Part shown: positions 61,155-64,000 of the stretch, one piece after another | Numbering within the stretch: position 1 is the first letter of the stretch | Layout: each line of letters opens with the position of its first letter | DNA from: Deltaproteobacteria bacterium | Lineage (GTDB): Bacteria; Myxococcota_A; Polyangia; Polyangiales; Houyiibacteriaceae | DNA length: 64,000 bases | Assembly: GCA_034670305.1 (NCBI GenBank) | Contig: JAXMNT010000002.1 | Span: 32,001 to 96,000, forward strand | Reading direction: 5' to 3' | Made by a program: the position numbers and the translations under genes | Notes under the pieces: generated by a model | Database searches by the model: none | Told to the model about the DNA's origin: nothing | Seen by the model: only the letters and a program-made list of their open reading frames with translations

Positions 61155-62993
61155 TCAGCGCGCCGTCACCGTCAGGTCGTAGTTGCCGGTCGTCGCCGGT
61201 GCGTAGGGCTGGATGGCGATGACGTAGGTGCCGCTCGTCGGCGCGGTGAACTCGATGCGGCTCGAGAGGTCGTCCGGCGCGGCGTCGTCGTTCTGCGCCA
61301 CCACCCGGTCGCCCTGACGGAGCGTCATGACCGTGTCGGTGTGGCCGGAGACGCGGGTCTCGAGGAGGTAGCGGCGACCCGCTTCGACCTGGACTTCGTG
61401 TTCGGCGCCGCCGGTGCCGAGCGCGAGGCCGGTCAACGCAAGCACGTGGGTGCCGCCGGTGCTGGGCTGCGCGTTGGTCAGCGGCTGTCGGCGTGCGGCC
61501 AGCGTGTAGGTGCCAAGCGTCTCGGCTGCGTAGGGACGGACCTCGATGGCGTAGGTGCCTGCGGTCGGCACGTCGAACTCGACCCGGCTCGCGAGGTCGT
61601 CGGGCGAGACATCGTCGTTCTCACCGACCACGACGCTGTCGCGAAGCACGCGGACGACCGTGTCGGCCTGGCCCGTGAGCGCCCTCGTCTCGAGGATGTA
61701 GTGACCGGGCGCGAGTTCCAGCGACTGGGTGTCGCCCGCGGCGGTGAGCTGCAATCCCTGGCGTTCGAAGACGAGCTCGGTCGCGGTGGCCGGGGTGTCC
61801 GTCTGGGTCGGCGCGGCATCGAGCTGCGCGACGCGCAGACCGTAGCTGCCCAAGGTGCTCTCCGCGTAGGGACGCACCCGCACTTCGTAGCGGCCGGTGG
61901 TCGGCGCGGTGAACTCGACGCGGCTCGACAGGTCGCCCCGCGAGACGTCGTCGTTCTCGGCGACGACCTGTCCGTTGTGCACGAGTGCGAGCACGGTGTC
62001 GGCGGCGCCACCGAGCGCGTTCGTCTCGATGCGGTACCGCATGCCGGCAGTGAGTTCGATGGGGTGCGTGTTGCCGCTTGGGCTGAGCTGCTGTCCGAGG
62101 AAGCTCGCCACCTCGGTGCCGACCACGGTGGCTTGAGGAGCGACGAACTCGCCGGTGCCTTCGCCGACCTGCATCACGACCATGTCGGGACGTACGCCGG
62201 TGCGCTTGATGTCGATGAACTGGAAGCCGACGTTGCGGCCGGCCGGGTCCGACGCTTCGATGCTCGGAAGCCGGGCGGCCTCGCGGCGGATGAAGACCTC
62301 GATCTCGAGCGCGGTCAGCATGCCATCGCTGCTCTGCCCAAAGACGCCGTTGGCGGCCCCGTCCGCGCGGCCTTCGAGGGCCTGGGCGAGCAACAGACTG
62401 AGGTGGCCGCCCGCCTCCTGTGCGGGCACGGCGCTGGTCAGATCCTCATCGCTCGAGAGGAGGGTCATGCGACCGGCGCGGGCCCCGACGTCGAAGAGGA
62501 ACCCTCCGCTGAAGCAGGCGTCGATGCCGACCAGCGTGAGCCGGCTCTTGGTCCCGTCGAGGGCCGTGGCGAGCTCGTCGTCCGAGAGATCGCCGTCGTA
62601 GAGCGACAACACTTCGTCGAGCTGGTCGCCTTCGTCGCTGCTCTGATCTGCCACCGGCGAACCATGGCCGCTGAAGAAGAAGACCACGTTGTCTCCCTCG
62701 GTCGCTTCACGCTGCACCGTGGCAAGCGCCTGAATCACATTGGCGCGGGTGGCGTCGGCGTTCAGGAGCAAGTGCATCCGCAGCTTCTCGGCGGGCACGT
62801 TGCGAACGAGCGCCCGACCGATGCGTTCCGCGTCCACGTCCGTGCGTGCCAGCGGCGAACTCGGGTAGTCCGCGATGCCGACCAGCACCGCGTGGGTGCG
62901 GCCGGCCATCGGCGCCTCCGCATGCCCAAGGCTCGGGAGAAGAAGGGACGCTGCGATCGTGAGCGCGGCGAGAAGTCGTTGAATCTTGAACAT
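61155..62993 (-). CDS. Secreted caspase-family (C14) peptidase with three C-terminal PPC-like domains
   Basis: Signal peptide MFKIQRLLAALTIAASLLLPSLGHA; AVLVGIADY, FFFSGHG (His), IDACFSG (Cys); 3x VxxNDDxxxxDLxSRxEFxxPTxGxY; GGAGG SD. Confidence 0.88.
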   Translation of the reverse strand: MFKIQRLLAALTIAASLLLPSLGHAEAPMAGRTHAVLVGIADYPSSPLARTDVDAERIGRALVRNVPAEKLRMHLLLNADATRANVIQALATVQREATEGDNVVFFFSGHGSPVADQSSDEGDQLDEVLSLYDGDLSDDELATALDGTKSRLTLVGIDACFSGGFLFDVGARAGRMTLLSSDEDLTSAVPAQEAGGHLSLLLAQALEGRADGAANGVFGQSSDGMLTALEIEVFIRREAARLPSIEASDPAGRNVGFQFIDIKRTGVRPDMVVMQVGEGTGEFVAPQATVVGTEVASFLGQQLSPSGNTHPIELTAGMRYRIETNALGGAADTVLALVHNGQVVAENDDVSRGDLSSRVEFTAPTTGRYEVRVRPYAESTLGSYGLRVAQLDAAPTQTDTPATATELVFERQGLQLTAAGDTQSLELAPGHYILETRALTGQADTVVRVLRDSVVVGENDDVSPDDLASRVEFDVPTAGTYAIEVRPYAAETLGTYTLAARRQPLTNAQPSTGGTHVLALTGLALGTGGAEHEVQVEAGRRYLLETRVSGHTDTVMTLRQGDRVVAQNDDAAPDDLSSRIEFTAPTSGTYVIAIQPYAPATTGNYDLTVTAR

Positions 62994-63110
62994 GGTGCAC
63001 CTCCGCGGTTCAGGCGCATGCGCCCGACCGGAAACCCCGCGGTGAAGCGCGCCCTCATCGGCCTTCGCTCCTTCCCGCTCACCACAACGGAAACCGTGGG
63101 GCCGGAGATG

Positions 63111-63135
63111 TGACGAAAAAACTTCAGTCGGTTCC
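63111..63135 (-). promoter_or_regulatory. Candidate ECF-type promoter for the caspase gene
   Basis: Minus strand reads GGAAC-N16-GTCA (GGAACCGACTGAAGTTTTTTCGTCA), about 120 nt upstream of the ATG. Confidence 0.45.
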
Positions 63136-63200
63136 ACAACGTGAAAAACCCGAACGGTATTGCTGGGGGCACGGCCCCCAAACCCCGTCCCGGTGACACG

Positions 63201-63338
63201 GCTTGCTCGCTTCGCTCGGCTTCGCCGCGTCGATATTGTCTGGTCTCTCGCGGGGTTTCTGCGGGCTCGGACGCCCTCGGCTTTCCGAACCCTCGAAAGC
63301 GGCTCCGGACCTGCTCGTCGCTTCGCTCCTGCGCGGGC
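63201..63338. repeat. Degenerate REP-like hairpins
   Basis: GCTCGCTTCGCTCG at about 63205 and CCTGCTCGTCGCTTCGCTCCTGCGCGGG at about 63310 resemble the 27.0, 42.0 and 46.3 kb elements. Confidence 0.55.
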
Positions 63339-63399
63339 CCAGAGCCTCCCGCGCGAGAGACTATTGCCCGGGTTCTTCGCACTGGTGCGTAGGTGCTGG

Positions 63400-63795
63400 C
63401 TACGCGAGGGCGCTCGGCATCTCCGGCGGCGCGAGCGGGCCGCCCGGCAGCCAGCACGCCTCGTCGTCCCACATCAGCGTCTCGCAGCAGGCGTTGAACG
63501 CATCCCAGTCGCACATCCCGTCGCCATCCCCACCGAATCCGTTGCAGTCGGGATCGGGGGTACACGGCCGCGCATCCGCCGCGCCCGCATCGGCAAAGAA
63601 CGCATCCGGGAACACCTCTGGGGCGTCCTGGCCCGCATCGCGCAGCACGAGGGCATCGTCGGTCGGCCCACTGTCCGATCCGGTGGTGGTGATCTCGTGA
63701 CCGCCGTAGCAGGCGCTGCCGCCGACCATCGCCAAGGCAATGGTCACGGTTCGGGCAGCACGGAGGGCACGACGGCGGATTTCATCGGTGGTCAT
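63400..63795 (-). CDS. Small secreted Cys-containing protein (probable lipoprotein)
   Basis: RRRALRAARTVTIALAMVGGSAC signal; DAG linker; C-terminal CC...W...C..GPLAPPEM. Confidence 0.7.
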   Translation of the reverse strand: MTTDEIRRRALRAARTVTIALAMVGGSACYGGHEITTTGSDSGPTDDALVLRDAGQDAPEVFPDAFFADAGAADARPCTPDPDCNGFGGDGDGMCDWDAFNACCETLMWDDEACWLPGGPLAPPEMPSALA

Positions 63796-63906
63796 GGAGC
63801 TGGCTTTCGGGATGGCACACCCTGGCGCGGAACGCGGAAGGCGACTCCCACATTGCGAGCACCATGCCAGCTTGGGCTTCGGGCTGTGATCCTGGACACT
63901 CCGCCC

Positions 63907-64000
63907 ATGACCCTCGTGAGAACCGACCTCAGCCAGTCTCCGCTGCGCCTCGAGTGGGAGCGCACCCTGCAGGCTTTGGAGCGCGGTGTCCCACCAGTGG
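63907..64000 (+). CDS. Possible 5' end of a CDS running off the window
   Basis: ATG 63907 opens MTLVRTDLSQSPLRLEWERTLQALERGVPPV with no stop before the edge. Confidence 0.4.
   Translation, partial: MTLVRTDLSQSPLRLEWERTLQALERGVPPV

Noticed and set aside
61155-62993. Caspase as a CBASS/Avs/type III CRISPR anti-phage effector
   Set aside because: It has a signal peptide and PPC-like domains, and no cyclase, STAND NTPase, gasdermin or cas genes are adjacent within the window.

Overview
High-GC bacterial chromosomal segment. MYXO-CTERM, Cys/Asp-rich repeat lipoproteins and the signalling gene content suggest Myxococcota, probably Polyangia/Sandaracinaceae-like (inference). About 50 CDS are densely packed. 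Housekeeping genes (gor, obgE, queG, rlmN, ndk, dapD, mdh, cutA) sit among transporters, secreted Cys-rich proteins and a two-histidine-kinase/multi-receiver operon. I recognised no rRNA, tRNA, CRISPR array, transposase or integrase. Four observations stand out. (1) At 57.9-63.1 kb, a secreted caspase-family protease, an ECF sigma with a Thr in its DAED motif and a membrane Ser/Thr kinase form a module; the protease and kinase share the same triple PPC-like extracellular repeats. (2) About eleven degenerate hexanucleotide tracts (mostly TCGGCN/NGCCGA) lie at gene boundaries; some are translated and some bracket genes in inverted orientation. (3) A mosaic REP-like family forms hairpins with C(GNA)G triloops and tandem G.A mismatches, which points to single-stranded DNA structure. 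(4) TANNNT boxes lie 6-8 nt upstream of many start codons, suggesting leaderless mRNAs. All protein calls come from motif recognition by eye, not database searches.
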